Counted from the stretch's first letter, positions 9,359-21,125 are shown. The stretch: DNA of 64,000 nucleotides from an uncultured Planctomycetaceae bacterium (GCA_963833985.1 CAWIAD010000001.1:480001-544000); one strand, 5' to 3'. The notes: generated by a model from the letters alone, not told the origin. Program-made: numbers and translations.

Positions 9359-11602
9359 CCTACTTTCCGCACATCTCGCCTTGACTATCTCCTAATTTCC
9401 GTGTGCCGTCTTTCGGCCTGTCAGGCTCAAATCTCGTAGGCTTTGGGTATCCCCAGCAGGCGCAGGATCCTCTTCTGGAGCCGAGTTAACTCTGTGCTGA
9501 AGACCTCAAGAGGGCGTTTCCCAGCCTTCAGGGAATGCTCTTGAACGTCCTCGTACAGGTCGATCACTTTTCGAGCCGTCGGGCGTCGGCAGGCCCGACC
9601 TTCGGAATACAGTGGCAGGCTCTCGATTCCCGCTCGTTCCATCGCGCGGCGGAGTTCTCGCTCCAACAGCGCCTCGACCAGCAACACGAAGAAGTACACG
9701 CAGAGCAAGGCCTGAATCCGACTCACCTCCTTCAGGTACATAGGCGCTACCACGAAGTCAGTCTTCAGGTGCTCGAACCGTCGTTCGATGGCCGGTTGCT
9801 GTTTGTAGGCCAAGAGCAGATCCTGCTCCGTCATCTTCGATTCGTTGCTCACCAGCGGGAAAATGCCATCACAGCGGGCCTCCTCATCCAGTCGCTCCAA
9901 CTCAATCCGATGCTTCAACGAGTAACGGAGCTTCTCCTCTCGGACGTACCGCGTGTCCTGTCCAGGCCGGCCGCGTCGCTCCTGGCGGAACTTTTCGGTG
10001 ACCTGCTCCTCGATCTCGACCGAGATCCACTCGGTGACCTCACAGTCCCGGAGCAGCTCCTCGACCGCCTCGGCGACCTTGGCTCGACTGCGGTACCGGG
10101 TTCGGGACGAGGCGAGCTTGGCACGCAGTTCGTCCAGTCGTTTCAACGCCTTCTCCAGCCGGGTCAGCCGTACCTCCGCATCCAACTCGGCCTTGCGTGT
10201 GCTGTGATACCAGATCAGCCGGTAACCCTCGGTGGTCTGGCTCGCAGGTTTGCAGATCGAGAAGCGGTCGGTCAACTGTCCCTTGTCGTCGTACTTGTCG
10301 TGGGTCCATCGCCACTGGATCTCTCCCCGGAGTACGGCGCCGCGGAAGGCACCGTCCTCACTGCGAGTTCGCGGCAGCACGCTGAGGAACCGACCGCCGC
10401 GCTGATGCAGATAGGCCATGTTCTCGGTGGTGGCCAGCTTGCAGTCGGCGATGTAGAGAAAGTCTCGGCGTCCGGTCAGTTGACAGAGCAACTCCCAGGT
10501 CTCCTGGTGAGAGCGGTCGTCGGTGGCGTTGCCGCTCTCGACGCGAAAGTGCACCGGGACGGCACCGTCGCCGGTCACGGTGAGGATGTAGAGTAGCTGC
10601 TTGAGGTCGGGGCGGTGGTCTTTGTTATGACCCCAGGTCACCGCCAACCGCAATTGTCCCCGCAGGGTTCGCTCCGCCTCCGCCGACTCGTAGTCACCGT
10701 GGAAAGTGATGGTGGTCGAGTCGTTGTGTAACTGGTCGAGGCTGACGTCGAATTCGCGTACGGCATGGGCCGCGACCTTCAGGGCCAACCCCGAGAGATT
10801 GGCGTCGAAGAGACGGTCGAGGGCCCGGCCAACTCGATCGTCGTTCATTGCGGCGACTTGGACATCGGACAACCCGAACAGTTTCGGCTCATGGCGGGCC
10901 ACCCACTCACCGACACCATAGAGTGGCTCACGCGAGATCAGCAGGTTGCGCAGCAGGACGAGCAAGGCCGTGGCCGTGGGGACCCGAGTGCGGCCGTCCT
11001 CATGGGGCAGGTGGTCGCAGAGAAACTCGCGAAGGCGGAGCCGACTCAGGAAGTGTTCCAGGATGGGCACGGCGGCAATCCGCCGCGTGTTGAGCGTGCG
11101 CTTGCGTCCCTTCGAGCGTGCCGTCTCGCCGGGTTGGCGCGGTCGTTGAGGTTCGTTCATGCGGATCATCTCCGGAGGGTTTGCAGCGAGTTGGCCGGTG
11201 TCCGCCGCCGGGCCTTCCAGGGCCGTGAGGGGAGCAGGCCGACCGCCGCAGGGCTTGCCGCAATGATGGCGGAGGAGATCGGGACGTCAAGGACAAAAAA
11301 TCTTGTGATTCACTTATGACAATTTGCCTTGACGTAAGTTGTGAGCCGCTCAACTTACGCTCATAGCCCGTGTCACAAGTCGTCGCGGCGAGAATCGCGG
11401 CGCGCGGCTGGACATTGCCAAGTCATAAGACAAGGCGAAGAATGGCTCGAGTTCAGGAACGGTCCGGTTGGCGAACCATCTGAACCGAACAAGGTCCCCG
11501 TGCCGATCGACTTGTAGATGTTTACCGACCCTGGGGCCGCGTCTGAGAAGATGGCCTCAGGTCGAATTCGGGGAAATCAAAGGGAGATGTGCGGAAAGTA
11601 GG
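9359..11602 (-). mobile_element. IS1634-family insertion sequence, copy 1 (2244 bp)
   Basis: 19-bp inverted repeats CCTACTTTCCGCACATCTC; 6-bp target duplication GTCCAG at 9353-9358 and 11603-11608; near-identical copy at 50856-53099. Confidence 0.93.
9427..11169 (-). CDS. IS1634-family transposase
   Basis: 580 aa; NDDRVGRALDRL, HNDSTTITFHG, GHNKDHRPDLKQ, ADCKL and YKQQPAIERRF motifs. Confidence 0.9.
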   Translation of the reverse strand: MIRMNEPQRPRQPGETARSKGRKRTLNTRRIAAVPILEHFLSRLRLREFLCDHLPHEDGRTRVPTATALLVLLRNLLISREPLYGVGEWVARHEPKLFGLSDVQVAAMNDDRVGRALDRLFDANLSGLALKVAAHAVREFDVSLDQLHNDSTTITFHGDYESAEAERTLRGQLRLAVTWGHNKDHRPDLKQLLYILTVTGDGAVPVHFRVESGNATDDRSHQETWELLCQLTGRRDFLYIADCKLATTENMAYLHQRGGRFLSVLPRTRSEDGAFRGAVLRGEIQWRWTHDKYDDKGQLTDRFSICKPASQTTEGYRLIWYHSTRKAELDAEVRLTRLEKALKRLDELRAKLASSRTRYRSRAKVAEAVEELLRDCEVTEWISVEIEEQVTEKFRQERRGRPGQDTRYVREEKLRYSLKHRIELERLDEEARCDGIFPLVSNESKMTEQDLLLAYKQQPAIERRFEHLKTDFVVAPMYLKEVSRIQALLCVYFFVLLVEALLERELRRAMERAGIESLPLYSEGRACRRPTARKVIDLYEDVQEHSLKAGKRPLEVFSTELTRLQKRILRLLGIPKAYEI

Positions 11603-12584
11603 GTCCAGATGTTCTTGCGTGGGCACGCGGCCGTGTTTTTGAGCCTTTTCGTAGGCCGCTTGCCGACGTCGGTTCGCCACCTCCGGAGGCACTCGCAAGG
11701 CGATCAACCGACATCCCAGACGCTCCGCCGCGCCCACCGCGATCGACACGTCGACCGGCATGCCGGCGGGTTGCCGTCGGAGAAACGCCAGCATCTCCCA
11801 TCGCCGCCCCTCCGCGTCGAAAACGGCCGTGCCGTGTTGCCAACGCGAAATCCAATAAGCTCCTTGCGACCGATGGATCGGAACCGCTCCAGGCAAAAGT
11901 ATCCCAGGTCGCGGAGCGTCAGCGATCCGGAGGCCACTGGTGCGTCCACGTCCACGCTCGTGGCGTCGCTGTGACGACCGGGATGGACCTCCAACTCCTC
12001 CAACTGACCGCGGCGCAGTTCCCACGCCACCTGAATTTTCACCGCTGCCTTACCACTGCCCGTTTTGCCACCGCAGCCGGGAAATTCCGCCTCGAATTCG
12101 TCGGGCAAGGTCACCGTGGTGCTGTCGGCGATCACGACGGCGGTGAACTTGTCCAGCAGCGCCACGCCGGCCGCCGACGCCTCCACGACGGACTCCAACA
12201 CGTGTTCCAAACCCGCGCGCAAGTGCGCGACGAGCTTCTCCGAGAACCGCTTTTCGATCGCCTCGGCAGTCACGTTCACACCCAGCAGTGCCGCCGTCGC
12301 GACGAAGTCGTTGGTATGGGGGCGAGGCGTCTTCATCACAGTCAGAACCATGGTCTTGAGCAGCGACGCGCCCGAGAATTTTCGTTGCCGCCGGATCACG
12401 CCCGTCGCACGACCGATCTCGTCGAGTTTCGAACCCAAGCTCGATTGCAACAACACGGCCACCTTGTTTATGATCCCCAACGGAAGCTCCTTCTTCCAGG
12501 ACGCGCTTGCTCGATACAACGCGAACTGGATTAAGGATTTCCTTTCTTTTTTTCTAGGCCAAATTCCTTAAGTTGGACGCTATG

Positions 12585-12607
12585 GGGTCAGCGCAGCGCA
12601 ACCCACC
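12585..12607 (+). repeat. REP-derived sequence abutting the right end of the IS4 element
   Basis: GGGTCAGCGCAGCGCAACCCACC, the exact reverse complement of 8864-8886. Confidence 0.85.
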
Positions 12608-13045
12608 GGCTGGCAGGGCCTTGCGTGCGCCGAACCGCACACGCCATACGACGTCCTGGGACGATGCCCTTCGTACTGTGCTTTTTGATTCTGCCCAGCC
12701 GGTGCCACGGCAGCGAGCCGTGATCGCCCTGGTTAAATCCATGCAATCGATCCGATCGCGCTCAGTGTCAGGCTCAAACTCGTTGACCGCCAGCGGGGCA
12801 CGCCGTGGGGGATTGTGCGGATGGGCTCTCCGGATAAGTCACCTCACCGCTGACATCTCGTGAGATCCAGCGCAAATCCCGGCGAGGAGCCATCTGAAGC
12901 CCTGTCACTCTCGTCCGGGAATCGCTGCGGCCCGCCTGCTCGGCCCGCCTGCCCGACGCACGGGCTAGTCTAGCCGCCTCGCACGGCCTGTGCGAGAATG
13001 GTGATGTGTTGACTTCGGCAACCAGCCCTTCGAGCTGAGCGTGTC

Positions 13046-13780
13046 ATGAGCACTCCGGTCATTCCCACGCGGCCCGAGATCTACTATCCCGATCAAGACG
13101 GCCGGCCCTTGTCCGAGAACACGCTCCAGTTCAAATGGATCGTCACGATCAAGGAGGGGCTCGAAGCGCTCTTCCGCAACGACCCGAACGTCTTCGTGGC
13201 CGGCGATTTGCTCTGGTATGCCGTGGAGGGGAAGCCGAAGGTTCGCACAGCGCCCGATGCCATGATTGTATTCGGCCGGCCCAAGGGCTACCGCGGCTCC
13301 TACAAGCAATGGGTCGAAGAGGGCATCCCGCCCCAGGTTGTCTTCGAGATCCACTCGCCGGGCAACCGAGCCCGCGAGACGATCCGCAAGTTCCGCTTCT
13401 ACGAGCATTACGGCGTCGAAGAGTATTACTACTACAACCCCGAGATCGGCGACCTTTCCGGCTGGCTGCGCTCCGGGGCCCGATTGCGGGCCATCGACCA
13501 GACCGACGGTTTCACGAGTCCTCGACTCCAGGTGCGTTTCGAGCCCGGCGCAGGCCCCGACTCGTTGAACATCATCGCACCCGACGGCCAGCGCTTCCTC
13601 ACTTATGTTGAGCTTGTCGAGCGCTGGGAGGCCGAACGCCAGCGCGCCGAGACCGAGTCGGAACGCGCCGAATTCGAACGTCAGCGCGCCGAGGTCGAAC
13701 GTCAGCGCGCTGAATTCGAACGTCAGCGCGCCGAGCGTCTGGCGGCGCGGCTGCGCGAGCTCGGTGAGGACATCGACTGA
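13046..13780 (+). CDS. Uma2-family (PD-D/ExK-like) putative endonuclease with coiled-coil tail
   Basis: YPDQDGRPLSEN, APDAMIVFGRPKGYRGSY, VVFEIHSPGN and YGVEEYY motifs; ERQRAE repeats at the C-terminus. Confidence 0.88.
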   Translation: MSTPVIPTRPEIYYPDQDGRPLSENTLQFKWIVTIKEGLEALFRNDPNVFVAGDLLWYAVEGKPKVRTAPDAMIVFGRPKGYRGSYKQWVEEGIPPQVVFEIHSPGNRARETIRKFRFYEHYGVEEYYYYNPEIGDLSGWLRSGARLRAIDQTDGFTSPRLQVRFEPGAGPDSLNIIAPDGQRFLTYVELVERWEAERQRAETESERAEFERQRAEVERQRAEFERQRAERLAARLRELGEDID

Positions 13781-13900
13781 TCGCCGCTCGCGCCGGCGGC
13801 CTCATGGGATGGGTCCGGGGCCCCGGCGCGGGATTGCGGGGCAGGGCGGCGTCTGAGACACTGGCTGCGCCTGCGGAACACCGCGATGGGGCCCCCTGGC

Positions 13901-15040
13901 ATGGCGAAGAAGCAGAACCCTGCGACAGGTGAGAGACCGCTCCCCGCTGGTCCGGCCGACACCCTGCGCCCCTCCGCGGAGGTGCTCTATGCCGACGAGC
14001 TGCACGCCCTGGCGGAGGCCGACACGGCTCCAAGACCGCCGGGGTGGAAGCTCTCGCCGCGCGCGGTGCGGTCGTTCCTCTGCGGCGCCGCGAGGCCGCC
14101 GATCCCCCGCAAGTTCTACGGCGACGATGCCATGGTGGAGCGTGCCATCGTCAGCCTGAGCAGCAATCGCGGCCTCATGCTCGTGGGCGAGCCGGGAACG
14201 GCCAAGTCGATGCTCTCGGAGCTGCTCGCCGCGGCCATCTCCGGCACGTCGATCCACACCATCCAGGGGACCGCGGGAACCACGGAAGACCATATCAAGT
14301 ACTCGTGGAACTATGCGCTGCTGCTCGCCGAGGGGCCGTCGCTCCGCGCCCTGGTCGCCTCGCCCCTCTACGTTGCCATGCGTGACGGCCTGGTGGTGCG
14401 GTTCGAGGAAATCACCCGCTGCCCGCCGGAGATCCAGGATACGCTCGTGAGCATTCTCTCCGAGAAAGTCATGATCGTTCCCGAGCTCGACGGGGCGGAC
14501 CGCGTACTCGCCGCGCGGCCGGGCTTCAACGTCATTGGCACCGCCAACACCCGTGACCGGGGCGTGCACGAGATGTCCAGCGCCTTGAAGCGGCGGTTCA
14601 ACTTCGAGACCGTGCAGCCGATCCGTGAGCTGAAGCAGGAAGTGGAGCTGGTCACGCGCGAGTGCGATCGCCTGCTCCGGGAAGCCTCGGCGCCCGTCGA
14701 CGTCCGGCCGGACGTCGTGGAGCTGCTGGTCTCGGTCTTTCAGGATCTGCGGGACGGCGTCTCGCGTGAGGGGATCCAGGTTGAGCGGCCCAGCACCGTG
14801 ATGTCCACGGCGGAGGCCGTCTCCGTGGGCATGTCGGCCGGGCTCGACGCGCATTACTTCGACGACGGCACGCTGGCGCCACGCCACGTCGTCCGCCATA
14901 TCTCGGGCGCAGTGCTCAAGGACAATCCCGATGACCTCAAGAAGCTCAAACACTACTTCGACGTGGTGATCAAGCAGCGCAGCCAGAAGGAGGGGGGGCT
15001 TTGGACGGAGATGCTCGACGCGCGCAAGAGCCTTCCCTGA
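13901..15040 (+). CDS. MoxR-type AAA+ ATPase, YehL-like
   Basis: GEPGTAKSMLSE (Walker A), RFEEITRC (Walker B) and TANTRDRGVHEMSSALKRRFNF. Confidence 0.9.
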   Translation: MAKKQNPATGERPLPAGPADTLRPSAEVLYADELHALAEADTAPRPPGWKLSPRAVRSFLCGAARPPIPRKFYGDDAMVERAIVSLSSNRGLMLVGEPGTAKSMLSELLAAAISGTSIHTIQGTAGTTEDHIKYSWNYALLLAEGPSLRALVASPLYVAMRDGLVVRFEEITRCPPEIQDTLVSILSEKVMIVPELDGADRVLAARPGFNVIGTANTRDRGVHEMSSALKRRFNFETVQPIRELKQEVELVTRECDRLLREASAPVDVRPDVVELLVSVFQDLRDGVSREGIQVERPSTVMSTAEAVSVGMSAGLDAHYFDDGTLAPRHVVRHISGAVLKDNPDDLKKLKHYFDVVIKQRSQKEGGLWTEMLDARKSLP

Positions 15041-17414
15041 TCCCGCCCTGGAGCCTGGACGGCCGGGTGGTCTACCTGCCCGTCCGCCACCACAGCCCGG
15101 CCTGCGCCTGGCACGTCGATCGCCTGATCCATGATCTGCGGCCCGATGCCGTGCTCATCGAGGGCCCGCGCGACGCCTCGCGGCTGATCCCGTTGCTGAC
15201 GCACCCCGGGACGGCGCAGCCGGTGGCCATCTACACCACCTACGTGCAGCGCAGCCCTGTGGCGCAGGCGCCGGAGGATGAGCCCTTGCCGCTCGAGCCC
15301 ACCCGCCATGCCGCGTACTACCCGCTCTGCGATTATTCCCCCGAGCTGGCCGCGATCCGCGCGGCTGCCCGCGTGGGAGCCAGAGCGCGGTTCATCGATC
15401 TGACCTTCCCCGAGATGGTCGAGTGCGGCCGCACCGCCAGGGTCCTGGGCCAGCCGCGCAGCCTGCTGGAGGAATCACACCTGGCGCACAGCGCCATCCT
15501 CCGGGAGACCTGCCGGCGCGTCGGCGCACGCGACCTGGACGATCTCTGGGACCAGCTCTTCGAGCTCGATCAAGAGCACCGCGAGACCGAGCGTTTCTTC
15601 CGGGACGTGCACGGCTACTGTGCTCTCGCTCGCCGCGATTACACGCCCGAGATGCTGGTTGCCGATGGCTCCGCCCCCCGCGAGGCGGCCATGGCGGCCG
15701 CCGTGGCCGAGGAGTCCGGGAAGGTCGTGGTGGTGACGGGCGGATTCCACACCGTGGCCTTGCCGGGCGCTTTACCCGCCATGCCGCCACCGGTACCGGT
15801 CGGCCCCGCGGACGCTCTGGTGAGCCTCATGCGCTACGGGTTCGAGCAGCTCGACCGGCTCAACGGGTACGCCAGCGGCATGCCGGCCCCAGCCTTCTAT
15901 CAGCGCGTCTGGGAGGAAAAGCCGCTCACCGACCTGCTCGTGGAACTGGCACGCGAGGCCCGGAAGCGAAACATGGCCGTCTCCGTGGCCGATGAGATCG
16001 CGGCGCTGGAGCAGGTGCGCAGGCTGGCCCTGCTGCGCGGGCACGGCCGGCCGTCACGCGAGGACCTGCTCGACGGCATCCGCTCCGTCTATGTCAAGGG
16101 GTCGCAGGACATGGAGGGCGTGCCGATCCTGGCACTGGCCCGCAAGCTGCTGGCCGGCGATCGGGTGGGGAACCTGCCTCCCGAGGCCGGCGTGCCTCCA
16201 CTGGTCGAAGACTTCCGCCGGACGGCGGCCGCGCTCAAGGTCGAGCTCGACCGGATCGACGTGCGCGAGGTCTCACTGGACCTTTACCGCAGCGTCCGGG
16301 CCCGCCAGCTCAGCCGGTTCTTCCACCGCTTGCGGTTCCTGAGCGTTCCGTTCGCCCAGTGGGTGGCCGGGCCCGACTATGTGTCGGGACAGAAGCTGGA
16401 ACGCATCCACGAAGCCTGGAAATACCGCTGGTCGCCCGCCGCCGAATCCACGCTCATCGAGCGCTCCGTGTACGGATCGACGCTCGAGGAAGCGGCCACG
16501 GGCCTGATCCAGGAACAGTTCGCCCGGGCCGAGGAGACCGGAGCGGGCCGCCGCGCCGACGCGGGCGCACGGCTGCTGCTGGAAGCCTGCCGGATGGGAT
16601 TGCATCGCCACACCCCCAGCTTGCTCGAACGCACTTCCCGGCTCGTGGCCGAGGACGGGTCTTTCCTCTCGCTCGTCCGTACGATCGAGCAGCTCCTGGT
16701 TCTGCATGTCTCGCGTGAGCCGCTGGAGGCGCACCACCTCGCCGGGCTGGCCGCCGTGTCCGACGCCGCCTATGCGCGGGCCTGCTACCTGCTACCCGCC
16801 CTGGCCGCGTTGCCGGAGTCTGAAGAGAAACCGGTACTCGACGCGCTCAACGGCCTGCGGCAGGCGGCCATGACGCTGGGCGACGGCAGCGACCGGCAGG
16901 CATTGCGGCACGGTGGTCTGAACGAGCTGATCGCGGCCACGAACTGCCCGCCCGTGCTGCGCGGCGCGGCCTCGGGCATGCTCTTCGGTGATGGGGCGCT
17001 GGACGCCCAGACCCTGGCTGCTCGTTGCGAGGGACATCTCCACGCCGCGGGAGAACGCGAGCACGAGGGGGCGGCATTCCTCCGCGGCCTGCTGCACTCG
17101 GCGCGCAGTGTCCTGTGGCTGGTTCCCGAGATCGTTCACGGCGTCCACGGAGTCCTGCGGAACTGGGACGAAGATCGCTTCGTGGCCGCGCTGCCCGAGC
17201 TGCGGCTGGCCTTCGCCGATCTGACGCCCCGCGAGTGCGACCAGGTGGCACGCACCGTCACGCAGATCGCCGGCGCGCCGGAGCGGCCGGTCTCTTGACG
17301 GCTCCGGAGCTCGGCGGATTCCATGAGCAGGACTTGCTGCGGGGCGTGGCCGTGAACCGGCAGGTGGTCGAACTGCTGCGCCGCGACGGCCTGGAGGACG
17401 GCCATGGCGGATGA
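15001..17414 (+). CDS. YehM-like (DUF5682) protein (frameshift near 17280)
   Basis: VRHHSPACA, VLIEGP, YSPE, REAAMA, VVTGGFH and GYASGMPAP motifs; the C-terminus continues in another frame to a stop overlapping the next start. Confidence 0.82.
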
Positions 17415-18616
17415 CCTGGACCGGATGGCCTTGCTGCGCTGGCGCCTGGTCCTCGGCAAGTTCGCTGAGCAGGCGCTGGGAGCACCGGGTGGACCGGGAG
17501 GCGCGGAGCGGCTCGGGTTCCGGTGGCCCCGATCCCGCAAGCCCCGGCGCCGGCGGCGGCCGGCCGGTGCGCTACGACCGCATGGACCGGGCACTCGACT
17601 TCCTCTATGGCCGCGAGTACGGCAACCGCGGCGTGCGGCAGAGCCGGCCCCAGGACCGCACCGGAACGCCCGGCGCCAGCCTGCTCACCATCCCCGACTG
17701 GCTCCGTCACGTCCGCGAACTCTTCCCGCGCGAGACCGTGGAGGTCTTGGAGCGCCATGCGCTGGACCGCTACGGCATGACCGAGCTGGTGACCGACGCC
17801 GACGTGCTCCGGAAGCTCGAGCCCAGCTACGAACTGCTCAAGGCCGTGCTCTCGTTCCGCAACCTGATGACGCCCCAGGTGCTCGACGTGGCGCGATCGC
17901 TCGTCCGGCAGGTCGTGGAGGACCTCAAGAAGAAGCTGGCGCGCGAGGTCCGCCAGGTGCTCTGGGGCCGGGTGAACCGCCAGCGCCGCAGCCCACTGAA
18001 GATCGCCCGCAACCTCGACTGGAAGCGGACCATCCGCTCCAACCTGAAGCACTATGACCGCGAGCGGAAGCGGCTGGTCCTGCAATCGCTCTCGTTCTTC
18101 TCGCGCGTGGAACATCACCTCCCCTGGCACATCATCATGGCCGTCGATTGCAGCGGATCGATGCTGGACTCGGTGATCCACAGCGCCGTGATGGCGGGCA
18201 TCTTCAAGGGCTTGCCGGCCGTCCGGGTCAGTCTGATCGCCTTCGACACCGCGGTCGTGGACCTGACCGAGCACGCGGACGACCCCACCGAGGTGCTCAT
18301 GAGCGTTCAGCTTGGCGGCGGGACCGACATCGCCAGGGCCGTGGGCTACTGCGAAAGCCTCGTGCAGTCTCCCACCCGGACCATCGTGGTCGTCGTGACC
18401 GATTTCTTCGAGGGCACGGCGCCGGGGCTCTTGCCGGCCGCCATCAAGCGGCTGCGCGAGGCCGGAGTGCGTGTGCTCGGCCTGGCGGCGCTCGACGCCA
18501 GCGCCCACCCCACGTACGATCGCCAGATGGCCGAGCGCTGCGTCGCCGCGGGCGCCGAGGTGGCGGCGCTCACTCCCCGGAGACTGGCCGAATGGATGGC
18601 CCGGGTCCTTTCCTGA
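17404..18616 (+). CDS. vWA-domain protein, YehP/CoxE-like (frameshift near 17505)
   Basis: N-terminal RWRLVLG; LDWKRTIRSNL, MIDAS DCSGSM, QLGGGTDI and VTDFFEG. Confidence 0.87.
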
Positions 18617-20721
18617 AGCAGCTCCGCGCCGTCCTGGCCGCGTTCGACGACGACGCCCTGGCCGGCCTGTCGAACAAGGGCCTGGTGCGACGTGCGCAAG
18701 GACCTCGAGACCAACCCGCCAAGGATCCTCGACTCCGCCAGCTCAGAGGAGCAGCTCCGCGTGCAGGTCGCCGAAGCCATGGTCGAGCTCGTCGTGCCGC
18801 CGGTTCAGTCTCGTTGCGACTGCCCGGCAAGCGGCATTTGCCGTCATATCCTGACGGCCTTGATCTTCGTCAAGGAGAGCGCCGACTCGTCGGACAGGCC
18901 GGCGGCCGGCGAGCCAGAACCTGAGCCCACCGCACCGGCCGCTGATGCGGTCGCCGAGGTCCTGGCACTCGACGACGAGGCCATCGCCCGCTGGGCCGGC
19001 AAGGCGCTGGTGGCGCGGGTGCGGAAGGCGCTCGCCCTTGGTCTGCCCGTGGAGTTCGAGCCCGTCGGCCGCCTGGTCGCGCGCTTGCCCACGCGGAACG
19101 CCATCTGCCGATGGATGCCCGGCTGCGGCGCGGCAGGCATGGTGTGCTCGTGCCACGAGCCGCGCGTCTGCGAGCATCGCGTGGCCGCCGTGCTCGCCTT
19201 CCAGACGGCGCGCGGAGTGCGCGCGCGGGAGGAAGCCGAGGCGTACTCGACCACGGAATCCACAGGCGCTCCCCGGACGCGTGAGGAGGTCCTGGCGTCG
19301 CTGGGTACCGTCCTGGCGGAGACCATTTCCATCGGCCTTTGCCGGCTCTCGAACGCCACGGCCGGGCGGATGCGGACGCTCGCGGTCTCGGCGCACGGAG
19401 CGGAGCTGCCCAGGCTCGAACGCCTGCTCGGCGGGCTGGCGAGCGAGATCGAGCTGGCGCTGGCTCGCGACGCCCGGGCCGACTCCGCCAGCCTGCTGGC
19501 CCAGGCGGCGCGCGCCGAGGCGTTGCGTCAGGGGCTGTCGCGCCGGCCCGCTCCGCACCTCATCGGCCAGCACAAAACCGCCTACGAGCCCGTCGGCAAC
19601 CTCGAGCTGGTGGGCGCAGGGGCACGCGCCTGGCGCTCGCAGAGCGGCTTCATGGGCCTGACCTTATACTTCTGGGATCGCTCGGCCAACGGCTGGGCCA
19701 CCTGGACCGATGCGCGGCCCGCGGGGACGCCCGGCTTCAATCCGGCCGCGCGCTTCCTCGTGGAAGGCCCCTGGTCGGGGCTCGGGTCTCCCGCCCAGGC
19801 CGCCGTCAGCGCGTTTCGCCTGCTGAGCGCCCTGCGCAATGGTCAGGGACGACTCTCCGGCCGGCCGTCCACCCGAGTCCTCGCGGTAGGTCCGGCCGAA
19901 CCGGGCCACCTGCCCGCGGGAGTTGAAAGCTGGGACGTCGTCGCGGACCGGGCGCGCCAGCTCTTCGGCGGCGGCGTTTCCGAGCCCACCGAGCAGGACG
20001 CGGTCGTCTTGCTGGCTCCGGCACGATGGGGCCCGGCGTACTTCGATGAGGTGCGCCACGAGGGCTTACGCCTCGTCCAGGACGCAGCGGGCCGCCCCCT
20101 GCCGCTGATCGTCCCCTATCAGGCCGAAACCCGGCAGGCCGTGGAAACCTTGCTGGCGCACGACCCTTCGGCCACCCGCGCGGTGCTCGGCTTGGTTCGC
20201 CTGGAATCAGGCCGGCTGAACATCGAGCCGATCACGCTGCACACCGACAACGGCCCGATCCATCTCACGCTCCAGCGTGACGCGGCCCTCCCTGCCGGCC
20301 TGACCGATGCCCTGCCGGCCCGCCAACCCGGGCGCCGGATGACGAGCCGGAAGCGGATCCCCGTGCCGAGCTGCAACCGTCAGGGTCGGCCCTGGGTCAA
20401 TTCTTGAACCTGCTGGCAGCGCAGTTGCTGGCCGTCGCCGAGGGAGGTCTGGCCGCCTTCCGGGCCGTTTCCGAGCTCCGCGCCCTGGGCCTCCGCGCTG
20501 AAGCGCTCGGCCTGGCCCGTTGCGGCACGGCCGTGCAGCGTGTCGCCGCCCATCTGGAAGCCCAGCGCAGGGGTGAGCTGCCCGACCCGCTGGCGGCAGC
20601 CCGCGATCTCCTGATCGCCTATCACGTCGTTCGTTTATGCCTGATCCAGGAGTCGATCGCCGTGGCGACGGCCGGTCTCGCCGCCTCGCACCGTACGCCT
20701 CCCAACTCCACTGGCGATTGA
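18592..20721 (+). CDS. Double SWIM zinc-finger protein, YehQ-like (frameshifts near 18695 and 20330)
   Basis: LAGLSNKGLVRRA start; CDCPASGICRH and CSCHEPRVCEH SWIM motifs; three frames join into one gene. Confidence 0.82.
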
Positions 20722-20756
20722 AGCTCGACAACTGGCCTTGCCTGAACGGGTGTTAG

Positions 20757-21125
20757 TCAATCCGAAGAAAGAGAATGGTTGCACAGAGGATCACGACGCA
20801 AACGGCAAACGCAAAGGATCGAAAGAGACCTCCGCCAGGGCATCCCGAGCGCAAGCGCCGTGAGCCCCAGGACGGTGGCCGGAGTAAAGAAAAAGAACGG
20901 AGCTAAATGATACTTACCCGCTGCGGATAACCAGATGAGAGAGTAACCCAGTATCAGGGCCATCACCCCCTGGATGACGGCTTTCCGCGCCCGGTGACCG
21001 GTCTTGTCTCCGCGTCTCCAGCGGAGACCGTTGGCGATGCCGGTCCAGCCAAGCCAGGCGCCCACGCCCGCCGCTCCGAAGATGTACAGCGTCATCAGCA
21101 GAAGCACCCACACGGGCGGAAACAT
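20757..21125 (-). CDS. Hypothetical small membrane protein, possibly degenerate
   Basis: Three hydrophobic stretches from MFPPVWVLLL; no family recognised. Confidence 0.4.
   Translation of the reverse strand: MFPPVWVLLLMTLYIFGAAGVGAWLGWTGIANGLRWRRGDKTGHRARKAVIQGVMALILGYSLIWLSAAGKYHLAPFFFFTPATVLGLTALALGMPWRRSLSILCVCRLRRDPLCNHSLSSD

Larger units (their letters stand above)
8900..12519 (-). pseudogene. IS4-family DDE transposase disrupted by IS insertion (also frameshifted near 11862)
   Basis: IADSTTV, DLGYF and YRTRWQIELLFK (YREK-type) motifs; removing 9359-11608 rejoins EHLD-LCDWTIFLTN in frame. Exact start uncertain. Confidence 0.88.
8887..12584 (-). mobile_element. IS4-family element (IS231/ISH8-like ends), interrupted by an IS1634 copy
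   Basis: Perfect 20-bp terminal inverted repeats CATAGCGTCCAACTTAAGGA at 8887-8906 and 12565-12584; transposase stop lies within the left repeat. Confidence 0.88.
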
